In this document: positions 17,641 through 25,739 of the stretch, in pieces
How positions within the stretch are numbered: the first letter of the stretch is position 1
Layout of the letters: every line of letters begins with the position of its first letter
IMG/VR virus record: IMGVR_UViG_3300027852_000039
Location: 1-64,000 of that record
Source: a virus
Length of the DNA stretch: 64,000 nt
Reading direction: 5' to 3' (one strand)
Made by a program: the position numbers and the translations under genes
The notes under the pieces: generated by a model
What the model was told of the DNA's origin: nothing
Database searches by the model: none
Seen by the model: only the letters and a program-made list of their open reading frames with translations

Positions 17641-18882
17641 ATGAATGTTGAGTTTTCACGCGACGTACTCGAAGAAAAACTCTCATACGCGAGGGTCTTC
17701 ACAGAAGCAAAGGGATCGATGCAACGACTCGACGCGGTCCTCTGTGAAGCGAAGAAGCTGGAGGGAGGAAGAACCGTCCTTCAGATCACAACGACAAACC
17801 TTGAGACGTCCTATGTCGGTCTAGTCGACTGCGATGTGAAGGAGGAGGGGACGGTCTGTCTCAACGCTGCGAAGCTTCTCGATATTGTGAAGACGTTGAA
17901 CCGAGAAGCGGCGGCGTCTCTCACCGTGACGAAGAAGGATCCGGAGACGGTCCTCCTGAAGAGCGGTCGATCGAAGTTCAAGCTGAAACTGTTTCCTCCG
18001 GAGGAGTTCCCGAAGCTCTCGAAGGTCAAGTACACGGAGGGGATCCCGATCAACCCGTTCACGCTGTCGAGAGCAATCCGGAAAGCGAAGAAGGGAACGT
18101 CCAAACAGTTACAGACGGGTCGGGTCGGACTGGAGTCTCTTCTCTTCCGGTTCGAGGGAAAAGACTTGAAGAAGCTCTTTCTCGTGAATGTCGGGACGGA
18201 CGGTCATCGTTTGGCATACGTGAGGAACAAGATCCCTCTCGACGAATCTCAGATCGCTTCACAAGAGCTTCCTCCCTGGATCAAGGGAGCGGAGGACGGA
18301 AAAGCGCGAGAGTACGTTCTTCCGATCTCAGGACTCCTTCAGCTTGAGAGGGTCGTCACGGACTATCTGTCGTCACTGAAGGAGGGAGACGAGGAGATTC
18401 CGGTCGAGGTTGCTCCGGATGAAGAAACCCGAGCGATTGCGTTCGCGATCAACGACTCGATTCTTCATCTTCAATGTATCAACATGATGTATCCGGATTT
18501 CGAGGCGATCAGGAAGCACGAGTTCGGTGTGACGCTCCACGTGGATCTCCCGCAAATATCGGCGGCGCTGAAGCGGGTTGCGGTCCTCACAGATTCCAAG
18601 CATCGCGAGGTCACGCTGAAGGCGAGATCGACCGAGCTTGATATGAAACACGTCAGCGCGGAGATCGGAGAAGCTCAGGACACGGTCGCTTGTGAACTCA
18701 TGGGGGAACCGTGGGAACTGAACTTCAACGTTACGTATCTCCGAGAAGGCGTCCAGGGGATCGCGGAGGAGGAGGACGTCTTGATCGAGATCGCGGAGGG
18801 AGGAAAACCCGTCCGGATCCGGGGATCGAAAAATGCGTACGCGGACGAGTTCGAGTATATCTTGATGCCGCTCAGGATATAG
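17641..18882 (+). CDS. dnaN: DNA polymerase III beta sliding clamp
   Basis: TNLE, KLLDIVK.L, SGRSKFKL...PEEFP, GTDGHRLA, YPDF, FNVTYL, YILMPLR; strong AAGGAGG RBS; in-frame upstream extension from 17257. Confidence 0.92.
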   Translation: MNVEFSRDVLEEKLSYARVFTEAKGSMQRLDAVLCEAKKLEGGRTVLQITTTNLETSYVGLVDCDVKEEGTVCLNAAKLLDIVKTLNREAAASLTVTKKDPETVLLKSGRSKFKLKLFPPEEFPKLSKVKYTEGIPINPFTLSRAIRKAKKGTSKQLQTGRVGLESLLFRFEGKDLKKLFLVNVGTDGHRLAYVRNKIPLDESQIASQELPPWIKGAEDGKAREYVLPISGLLQLERVVTDYLSSLKEGDEEIPVEVAPDEETRAIAFAINDSILHLQCINMMYPDFEAIRKHEFGVTLHVDLPQISAALKRVAVLTDSKHREVTLKARSTELDMKHVSAEIGEAQDTVACELMGEPWELNFNVTYLREGVQGIAEEEDVLIEIAEGGKPVRIRGSKNAYADEFEYILMPLRI

Positions 18883-18900
18883 CGGCGCGGAGGAACAGAG

Positions 18901-19335
18901 ATGTCTGAAGAGAAGAGGGAGAAGCGCTTCAAGGTCTGGAAGGTGTCCACGATCGCGGCGGGTCTGTTCTTTTGGGGGATCCTTATTCTGTGGGGATACT
19001 CGGTCATAAGAATGGCGATCGCGGTTACGCTCGAAGAAACGCTCTCTGAGAGGACGATCTTCTTTCTGTTGGGTCAAGGGTCTATCATCTCCTTGCTGGT
19101 CCTTTTTGTTGGGACTCCGTTCGCGTGGCGGCGCTTCAAGAAGTGGCGCGCGTGGAGAAGGCGAATCATCAAGGACGATCGCCCTCCCACGGTCCAGGAG
19201 ATTCATGAAGCGATGCTTGACGCGATCGAACGTCTGACGGGCCGGCGACCGAACACGACCGAGATCCAGTTCCCCGGAACACCTCCGGAGTTCCTTCCGA
19301 AGTTCAATCCAGGACCGCCATATGGGAGTGCATAA
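18901..19335 (+). CDS. Membrane protein with two TM helices
   Basis: Two hydrophobic segments. Confidence 0.65.
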   Translation: MSEEKREKRFKVWKVSTIAAGLFFWGILILWGYSVIRMAIAVTLEETLSERTIFFLLGQGSIISLLVLFVGTPFAWRRFKKWRAWRRRIIKDDRPPTVQEIHEAMLDAIERLTGRRPNTTEIQFPGTPPEFLPKFNPGPPYGSA

Positions 19336-19349
19336 AGGAGGACCAGGAA

Positions 19350-19646
19350 ATGAAGAAGCACGAATTGAAGACGGACCCGATCGTGTTCGCGGAGACGTGG
19401 TCGGGAAAGAAGAACTTCGAGGTCCGCGTGAACGATCGAGACTTCCAGGTCGGAGACGCTCTCGATCTTTGGGAGACGAGCTTTACGGGCGAGGAGATGA
19501 AGAAAGGGTCGTCTCTCATCTATACGGGGAGATACATCGAGGTCGAGGTCGAGTACATCCTTCACGGTCCGATCTATGGACTCGCGGAGGGATGGGTCAT
19601 CATGGCGACACGGTTCATCACGAGAGGAACGAAGGATCGCAAATAG
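19350..19646 (+). CDS. DUF3850/ASCH-PUA-like protein
   Basis: HELK....F....SGKKNFEVR.NDRDFQVGD.L.L.E, YTGR. Confidence 0.9.
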   Translation: MKKHELKTDPIVFAETWSGKKNFEVRVNDRDFQVGDALDLWETSFTGEEMKKGSSLIYTGRYIEVEVEYILHGPIYGLAEGWVIMATRFITRGTKDRK

Positions 19647-19657
19647 GAGGATTGATC

Positions 19658-19921
19658 ATGGATCCTGAAACCTTCTGGACGAAGTTTCTTCCGGGAGTTC
19701 TTACAGTCCTCTTCCTGATTTGGGTTCTGTGGTACGTGGGGATCGACTTGCTAAGATGTTACCTTCGACGGCGACGGTTGATCTGTCCGAAGTGTAAGCA
19801 TCGAGGAAGCGATGGAGGAGGGAACCCCTATTGCGAAGCGCTCGACAGGAAGCTGTACGAGTACGTCGAGCGATGTTGTAGCTTCGAACGGGGACGAGGG
19901 AGGTACGGTCGGATATGCTAG
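19658..19921 (+). CDS. Membrane protein with Cys cluster
   Basis: TM helix then CPKC..C..CC. Confidence 0.55.
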   Translation: MDPETFWTKFLPGVLTVLFLIWVLWYVGIDLLRCYLRRRRLICPKCKHRGSDGGGNPYCEALDRKLYEYVERCCSFERGRGRYGRIC

Positions 19922-19959
19922 GACTGATCCGTGAAATGGAGAGGAGGAGGGAGCGAGAG

Positions 19960-21000
19960 ATGTTGATCGAAGAGAAGCAATGGACGCCGTTCTTCCCCTG
20001 GAAGGCGCTTCTGTACCCGAGAGAATGCGAGGGGATCGTCAAGGGAGACTTCCTCCCTCCTGTCGTGTTGCATATCTACGTGACGAACAAGTGTAACTCT
20101 AATTGTGCGTGGTGCATCATGCGCGAGGAGCGCGCTCTCGGAGGGGAACTCGACAGAGATGTTTTTAGAGACATCGTCGAGCAAGCGATCAAGCTCGGAG
20201 TGAAAGCGATCCATATCAGCGGAGGAGGGGAGCCGCTTCTTTACAAACATCTCCATATCCTCGACAGATTTCCGGGGAAGAAGATCCTCTCGACGAACGG
20301 GATCGCGATCCGGGACACATACAGCGCGCGAGATCTTTGGAAGCTCTTCGATCGCATCCGGATCTCGATCGACGCGGGATCGTCCGGAGTATACGACGAT
20401 GTCAGAGGGGGAGAGCTAACGTTCTGCAAAGTACTCGACAACTGTCGCGCGTTGTCTGAGGACGACGGGAGGGACGGGACAAAGACGCTCGGACTCGGGT
20501 TCGTCCTGGATCATAATAACTGGAAGGACACGTTCGACTTCTGTCAGATTCCGAAGGTCAGAGATTTTGATGCGGACTTCCTTCACATTCGACCCGCATA
20601 TTACCCGAGAGGATCGGAAGAGGATCGGATGGTCCGCGAGATTATCCGTCCCGCGTATCATCTCTGTGAAGCGGCAAGGGGAGCAACGAACGTTCCGATC
20701 TTTGCTATCTCGGACAAGTTCCGGGGATACTGGACCCCGAGGTCGACCGTGTATTGTTACGCAACCCCGCTTCACGCGGTCGTGACGGCGACCGCTGAGT
20801 TCATCGTCTGTCAAGACGTCTTCATCCGGTTTGGAGACTTGAAGAGACAGCGGTTCGGGGAGATATGGGGGGGACACGAACACAAGGAAGCGATCGCGAG
20901 AATCGGGACCGATAAGTGTCCGCGATGCGTAATGAACAACGCGAACGAAATTATCGAAAAAGTATTTGTCGAGGATCAAATCATGAAGGAGCTACTATGA
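19960..21000 (+). CDS. Radical SAM/SPASM-twitch domain protein
   Basis: CNSNCAWC, SGGGEPLL, STNG, RISIDAG, C-terminal C..C..C. Confidence 0.9.
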   Translation: MLIEEKQWTPFFPWKALLYPRECEGIVKGDFLPPVVLHIYVTNKCNSNCAWCIMREERALGGELDRDVFRDIVEQAIKLGVKAIHISGGGEPLLYKHLHILDRFPGKKILSTNGIAIRDTYSARDLWKLFDRIRISIDAGSSGVYDDVRGGELTFCKVLDNCRALSEDDGRDGTKTLGLGFVLDHNNWKDTFDFCQIPKVRDFDADFLHIRPAYYPRGSEEDRMVREIIRPAYHLCEAARGATNVPIFAISDKFRGYWTPRSTVYCYATPLHAVVTATAEFIVCQDVFIRFGDLKRQRFGEIWGGHEHKEAIARIGTDKCPRCVMNNANEIIEKVFVEDQIMKELL

Positions 21001-21770
21001 CCGATCAGAAGAAAGTTCTCGTAACGGGAAGCGAAGGGTTCGTCGGGAAGTACGTATGCGAGGGACTGAGGAGCGCGGGGATCGACGTCGTTCGGTTTGA
21101 CTTGGCTTTAGGGAACGACGTCTTCGACCCGAAGCATCTATCGACGGCGCTGTGGGAGAAGGGGATCGACGCGGTTGTTCATCTTGTCGCGCATCCGCAT
21201 CGACATAGCGTCTATACGAAATGGGGCAAGTCGAAGGACAGCGTTGACAAACGAGAGGAGTTCCTTGAATTCGTGCGGTTGAACTCCGAAGGAGCGAAGC
21301 TCGTATACGACGAATGTGATCGAGCACGGACGCGTCGGCTCGTTTACTGTTCTTCTGGAGCGGTCTATGGATTCGAGGATGGATTCGGGACTCCGGTCGG
21401 ACGGATCAAGACGACCGACGTTCCGGATCTTGCGGACGACCGACTTCACTCGTATCCGCGATCGAAGCTTCTCGCGGAGCAATATCTCGGTCTCGCGACG
21501 GAAGCGTTGTCGGCGATCGACAACAAGGTTCCCGAGGTCGTGATCCTTCGCTTGAACTGGATCCAGCATCCGACACTCGGAGACGGAAAGAGCGGACCGG
21601 AATGGAAGGGCGCGACGTGTTCAATCCCGAGGATGGTTCAGGGGTTCGTGAACGCCGTCGATGCGGACGTCTCGGGTTACGTGAATCCGATCGTCATGGA
21701 TCTGATCGAGAAAAACGACGCATGGGAGGGATCGCTTCTTGCGAGCGAGATCCTGTTCGGAGGGGAATGA
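20997..21770 (+). CDS. NAD-dependent epimerase/dehydratase (extended SDR)
   Basis: VLVTGSEGFVG, SSGAVYG, YxxxK (YPRSK). Confidence 0.88.
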   Translation: MTDQKKVLVTGSEGFVGKYVCEGLRSAGIDVVRFDLALGNDVFDPKHLSTALWEKGIDAVVHLVAHPHRHSVYTKWGKSKDSVDKREEFLEFVRLNSEGAKLVYDECDRARTRRLVYCSSGAVYGFEDGFGTPVGRIKTTDVPDLADDRLHSYPRSKLLAEQYLGLATEALSAIDNKVPEVVILRLNWIQHPTLGDGKSGPEWKGATCSIPRMVQGFVNAVDADVSGYVNPIVMDLIEKNDAWEGSLLASEILFGGE

Positions 21771-22036
21771 AAATGAGAGTGATTATATGTTTATGGGAGG
21801 ATCTTCCAGATGATGTTCCCGACGAGCCTGGAGGGTTTGACGAGTGGTCGTTTGGACGAGGAGGGGACGGACTTCCTGACGGGACATGGCATCTTCACAA
21901 GGTCGTGGAAGAGGAGGGAAGGATTGTCGATTATATTTACCCGTTTCCCCCGTGCGTTCAGTACGTCATCAAACAAATAAAGGAAGGGGAGAGAGAAAAG
22001 GTAAAGAGCGAAATACGTCGAGCGCTTGGACTTTGA
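21767..22036 (+). CDS. Hypothetical protein
   Basis: ATGA-coupled ORF. Confidence 0.55.
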   Translation: MKMRVIICLWEDLPDDVPDEPGGFDEWSFGRGGDGLPDGTWHLHKVVEEEGRIVDYIYPFPPCVQYVIKQIKEGEREKVKSEIRRALGL

Positions 22037-22051
22037 CGGAGGGGATTAAAC

Positions 22052-22267
22052 ATGGACACAAGGACCGGACACATTTACTCGCCGGAAGAGGTCGCGGAAC
22101 TCAAGAAGAAGGGACTGGATACTTCTCACTTGAAACAGATGGAGCTTCCCCCTACGGACAAACAGATGAAGCGACGTCCCCCGAAGGTTGGACGGAATGA
22201 ACTTTGTCCGTGCGGGAGCGGGAAGAAGTTCAAGAAATGCTGTCTCGATCTACAGAGGAGACCGTAA
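22052..22267 (+). CDS. SEC-C motif protein
   Basis: [20 protein letters not shown]. Confidence 0.9.
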   Translation: MDTRTGHIYSPEEVAELKKKGLDTSHLKQMELPPTDKQMKRRPPKVGRNELCPCGSGKKFKKCCLDLQRRP

Positions 22268-22268
22268 G

Positions 22269-22430
22269 ATGAGCAAGAACTGTATTCAATGTGTGAAGAA
22301 TGAAAGGACTGGACCGGATCTCCTTTGCGATAAGTGTCGGGAGCGAGAGAGCATTCCTGGAAGAAACGAAGAGCATGCGGCTCTCGTAAAGGCGACAGCA
22401 GCCAAGAGAGGATTTCGGATAGACGGTTGA
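22269..22430 (+). CDS. Small zinc-finger protein, paralog of 23686-23970
   Basis: MSKNCIQCVKN..GPDLLCDKCRE. Confidence 0.6.
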   Translation: MSKNCIQCVKNERTGPDLLCDKCRERESIPGRNEEHAALVKATAAKRGFRIDG

Positions 22431-22757
22431 AGAGAATAATCAAAATTGTAACTACAGAGTTGGCCGAGATGCCCTATCGCGAAAGAAGGAAGGTGTTCAA
22501 CCGCATGTTGGCGGTGAAGGGCTGGCACTATTCAGAATCTGGTCCTCGACTGCGCCCCTTGCTCCCACTGTAACAAGTTCCATGCAGCCCCAAGAAACGA
22601 GGGGTGAAAAAATCCGAAGTGGATAAATCCGAATCAGAGGTATGGTCCTTGCCCCTACAGTGCGGAGGAGCAAGCGGAACACAAAAAGGACTGCGGAATC
22701 TTTCGCAGTTCAGCCTGTACTTGTGGGCAGCATGAGCAAGAGACATGTTGCCACGCC

Positions 22758-22826
22758 TGGCATCACCCGGATGGCCTGATGGTCAAGATCAAGAAGAAGG
22801 ACTTCGGTTTGAAGCGGAATGCGTAG
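22758..22826 (+). pseudogene. Remnant C-terminus of an RNA-ligase-like (DUF5565-type) gene
   Basis: WHHPDGLMVKIKKKDFG* with no upstream catalytic domain and no start for that frame. Confidence 0.45.
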
Positions 22827-22862
22827 TGTATCGGTATTATGTTCGATTCGGGAGGGGGAATA

Positions 22863-23081
22863 ATGTCAGATCCAGACAGGAAAGCAATGAGAGAATACCG
22901 CCGAAAGTACTTTGCCGTCAGGATCGAGGAGGGCCGCTACTTCTTGGATGAGGGGGAGGTGCTGGTATCCATCACGTCGAACGGGAAACAGTGGCAGAGT
23001 TTAGGGCTCTACCTGGACGACGAAGTGCCCCAGGTGATTGCAGCCCTACAGAGGACACAGATACCACAGAAAGTACAGTGA
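22863..23081 (+). CDS. Hypothetical island protein
   Basis: GGAGG RBS. Confidence 0.6.
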   Translation: MSDPDRKAMREYRRKYFAVRIEEGRYFLDEGEVLVSITSNGKQWQSLGLYLDDEVPQVIAALQRTQIPQKVQ

Positions 23082-23107
23082 CAAATATACAGGATGCGGA
23101 GGACGAG

Positions 23108-23314
23108 ATGGGATATTTCAGAGAGCTGCACGGAATTCGTAGCCCCGAGTTCTTCGAGGGCGTAGTGGCAGGCATGACAGCCTATGCTGTTTGGCGTGAC
23201 GGAACGCAGTGGGTGGGAGATCCGGCGAAATCCCTCAAGGTTGCTATCGAAGAGGCAAGGCGGGATCTGCTCGAGCACGATGACCAAAATACATGTCACC
23301 GGGAGGAGCCATGA
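23108..23314 (+). CDS. Hypothetical island protein
   Basis: GGAGG RBS; AYAVWRDGTQWVG. Confidence 0.65.
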   Translation: MGYFRELHGIRSPEFFEGVVAGMTAYAVWRDGTQWVGDPAKSLKVAIEEARRDLLEHDDQNTCHREEP

Positions 23315-23514
23315 GAAACCGCAAGGGCTGGAAAGAGTACCCACTCAGGCGGTGCCGATGGCTGAATGGGTGTTGCGTCTGCGGTAAAGACATCGTATCC
23401 GGCGAGCTCTACTACGATGGAGGGTACAGTAGGCGGGCGCACAAACTGTGTGTAGATATTATGGCAAAGTATAGCAACCCAGACACACGTGGAGGAACTG
23501 ATGAGCGATCTTAG
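23311..23514 (+). CDS. Hypothetical island zinc-binding protein
   Basis: C..C...I..GE.YY......H..C. Confidence 0.65.
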   Translation: MRNRKGWKEYPLRRCRWLNGCCVCGKDIVSGELYYDGGYSRRAHKLCVDIMAKYSNPDTRGGTDERS

Positions 23515-23689
23515 ATCCCCGCTGGCAAAGGCCAGAGATGCCTTCCTTGAAAGAGATGAGGGCAAGAAGCTCCTGGAGGGCTCTGCGAGCGGCCAATACC
23601 TGAAGAACAGAATCGAGGCCGCATGGTTGGCTGGCGTGAGGTATGGCATGGTGCTGCATGACCCAGATACATGTGGAGGTAACGAATGA
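23501..23689 (+). CDS. Hypothetical island protein
   Basis: GGAGG RBS; YLKNRIEAAW.AG. Confidence 0.65.
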   Translation: MSDLRSPLAKARDAFLERDEGKKLLEGSASGQYLKNRIEAAWLAGVRYGMVLHDPDTCGGNE

Positions 23690-23970
23690 GCACTAATTGT
23701 ATTCAATGCGTGAAAAACAAAAGGAGGGGACCAGACCTGCTCTGTGATGCTTGCCGGGAGAAGCAAATGCAAGCATCCGGCAGCGAGGCCAACTACTCTA
23801 TGGAAGAGCCGGAATTTTTAAGGTATGTGAAATTACTCTCGTCGATGTGCCTCGACTACCAGATGGACGGTATCAGCCGGGAAACGTTCATATCAAATCT
23901 GGACATCATATCGAGACAGATTGGGGAGCAATATGACCACAAGACGTGTTCGCAAGGAGACGAGGAATGA
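23686..23970 (+). CDS. Hypothetical island zinc-finger protein
   Basis: MSTNCIQCVKN..GPDLLCDACRE. Confidence 0.65.
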   Translation: MSTNCIQCVKNKRRGPDLLCDACREKQMQASGSEANYSMEEPEFLRYVKLLSSMCLDYQMDGISRETFISNLDIISRQIGEQYDHKTCSQGDEE

Positions 23971-24155
23971 GGCGGCTACTTGAGAAAAACCTGCCAATCT
24001 ATATTCGCTTCTGGCCTACGCAGTTTTGGCTGGCAGTGTGGTCGGCTCCGTCCCGGCAGGGGGGAGAAACAGACTGGAAGGCCCTCCGAATCACCATAAG
24101 GAGAGGCCGTCACCATTCTTTGCTCGTTGCGGTCATAAAGGCCGGAACAATATGA
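23967..24155 (+). CDS. Hypothetical island protein
   Basis: ATGA overlap. Confidence 0.5.
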   Translation: MRRLLEKNLPIYIRFWPTQFWLAVWSAPSRQGGETDWKALRITIRRGRHHSLLVAVIKAGTI

Positions 24156-24185
24156 CCCAGACTCACTTGACCCTACGGAGGGGTG

Positions 24186-24443
24186 ATGCAGTTATCAAGA
24201 GAAGTCCCCAAGCACACAAAGACGGAACACTTCAACTGGTGCAAGAAGGGTTGGCTCAAAATGACCCCGAGATTCCGGGAGCTTCGGTCGATATGTAGCA
24301 ACAAGATGGACACATGCTTCTGGTGCCGTCACAAATTCAAAGATGGCGAAGAAATGGCGCTGGCGCAACCCAAGAAGAGAAGAAATAAGGTTCTCTGTGA
24401 TGGGTGTGCCGACGCTCTTTTGCGTAGTGATACGGAGTCATAA
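24186..24443 (+). CDS. Hypothetical island zinc-finger protein
   Basis: CFWC...F..GE, LCDGC. Confidence 0.6.
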   Translation: MQLSREVPKHTKTEHFNWCKKGWLKMTPRFRELRSICSNKMDTCFWCRHKFKDGEEMALAQPKKRRNKVLCDGCADALLRSDTES

Positions 24444-24802
24444 TGTCTTCTGAAACGATCTACCGCATTCAAGATAACGAAGGCCGAGGGCCGTTCAGGC
24501 CGGGCTTTTCCAGGCGATGGGTGGAGCCCCGACCGGATCATGAAAACCTGATGCCCTGGACGATGGAGTTTGGCCGAGTGGACAGGGCTCTCCTCTTCGG
24601 CGAAATGGCTGGTAGTGGGTGTCGGACCCTGGAGCAGCTACGTCGCTGGTTCACTCAGTCCGAGTACGAGACGCTCGTGAAATACGGATACAGGGCGGTG
24701 AAGATGGGAATAGGCCGCGTCCTGGCCGAGCCAGAAAAGCAATGTATGTTCGGTCGGGCCGAGCCGTTGAGAGAGGACGTGGAAGAAGTACAACTGTACT
24801 AG
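24443..24802 (+). CDS. Hypothetical island protein
   Basis: IYRIQD.EGRGPF, GC..LEQL.RWF. Confidence 0.65.
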   Translation: MSSETIYRIQDNEGRGPFRPGFSRRWVEPRPDHENLMPWTMEFGRVDRALLFGEMAGSGCRTLEQLRRWFTQSEYETLVKYGYRAVKMGIGRVLAEPEKQCMFGRAEPLREDVEEVQLY

Positions 24803-24839
24803 GCGACATGACTCACAATCTTGATGCTCGGAGGAAACA

Positions 24840-25739
24840 ATGAAGATCGGAATCATGTACTCGGGAATCGGACAGAGAAACGGAGCGGACTTCGTTGCGG
24901 AGTTCATGATAAACGCAGTCAAACTTCTCGGACACGAGTGCGTTGTGTTGGGATCGCACGGAGGTCCGCAAGCGACGGAGATCCCGGACGGACTTGACTT
25001 CATCGTCCATTCATCCGGGAGGGAACTGAAACTCGGGCTCGTGTACAAGCTCAAGAAGAAGACGAAGGTCGTCCTCTGGACCCATAACGACGAGATGGAA
25101 GACTGGAGACAGATCATCGCTCCGATCTCTCCTGTGGTTGACATTCATTTCTCGTATACGAAAGGACATCCGTATGGAGATCACGTCCGATACTTACCGC
25201 TCGCAGCGGACGAAACGATCTATCATCCGATCGACGCATGGGAAGCGTTCTATGAATACGATGTCGCTCTGATCGGAGCGCGGCGCTCCTGGAGAGAGAA
25301 GTTCGCGGAGGGAATTCAAAAGAGCTTCCCGAAAGCGTTCTTTCATTTCGAGATGGCGCTCACGCACGAGGAAGTGAACCGCATATACAACTCGACAAGA
25401 GTTGTTCTCGCTCCCGTCCAGGATTGCGACGAGGACTCTCCCGCTCGCGCGTGGGGTTGTCCCTGTAGAACCTTCGATGTCCCCGCGTCCGGAGCTTTTC
25501 AGATCCAGGTCGCGCGGGGAGGACTGTACGACGTTTATCCTGAAGCAATCGTGATCGACCCGATCGAGGACGTCGACGTCGCGGTCGATGCGTGGTCGGA
25601 AGTGATCGACTACTACATCACGCACGAGGAAGTCCGGTTGTACAAAGCGACTGAGTTGTGGGTCCGGACCCGCGCGCAACATAAGTACACTCACAGAATT
25701 CAAACCATGATCGACGCGATCGAGGAGCTTGCGGGATGA
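24840..25739 (+). CDS. Glycosyltransferase, CgeB/Glyco_trans_1_2 (GT-B) type
   Basis: YLPLAADETIYHP, YDVALIG, IYNS, RTFDVPASGAFQ, HKYTHRI. Confidence 0.85.
   Translation: MKIGIMYSGIGQRNGADFVAEFMINAVKLLGHECVVLGSHGGPQATEIPDGLDFIVHSSGRELKLGLVYKLKKKTKVVLWTHNDEMEDWRQIIAPISPVVDIHFSYTKGHPYGDHVRYLPLAADETIYHPIDAWEAFYEYDVALIGARRSWREKFAEGIQKSFPKAFFHFEMALTHEEVNRIYNSTRVVLAPVQDCDEDSPARAWGCPCRTFDVPASGAFQIQVARGGLYDVYPEAIVIDPIEDVDVAVDAWSEVIDYYITHEEVRLYKATELWVRTRAQHKYTHRIQTMIDAIEELAG

Larger units (their letters stand above)
22400..24830. mobile_element. Compositionally foreign island of small genes with a repeated junction motif
   Basis: Frequent GGCC/GCC and lower GATC/TCGA than the flanks by eye; 17-bp motif at gene boundaries; edges approximate. 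Confidence 0.6.

Noticed and set aside
22732-24824. CRISPR array or classical integron explanation for the junction motif
   Set aside because: Copies are degenerate and separated by whole genes of 180-650 bp. There are no RYYYAAC/GTTRRRY attC ends and no integron integrase.
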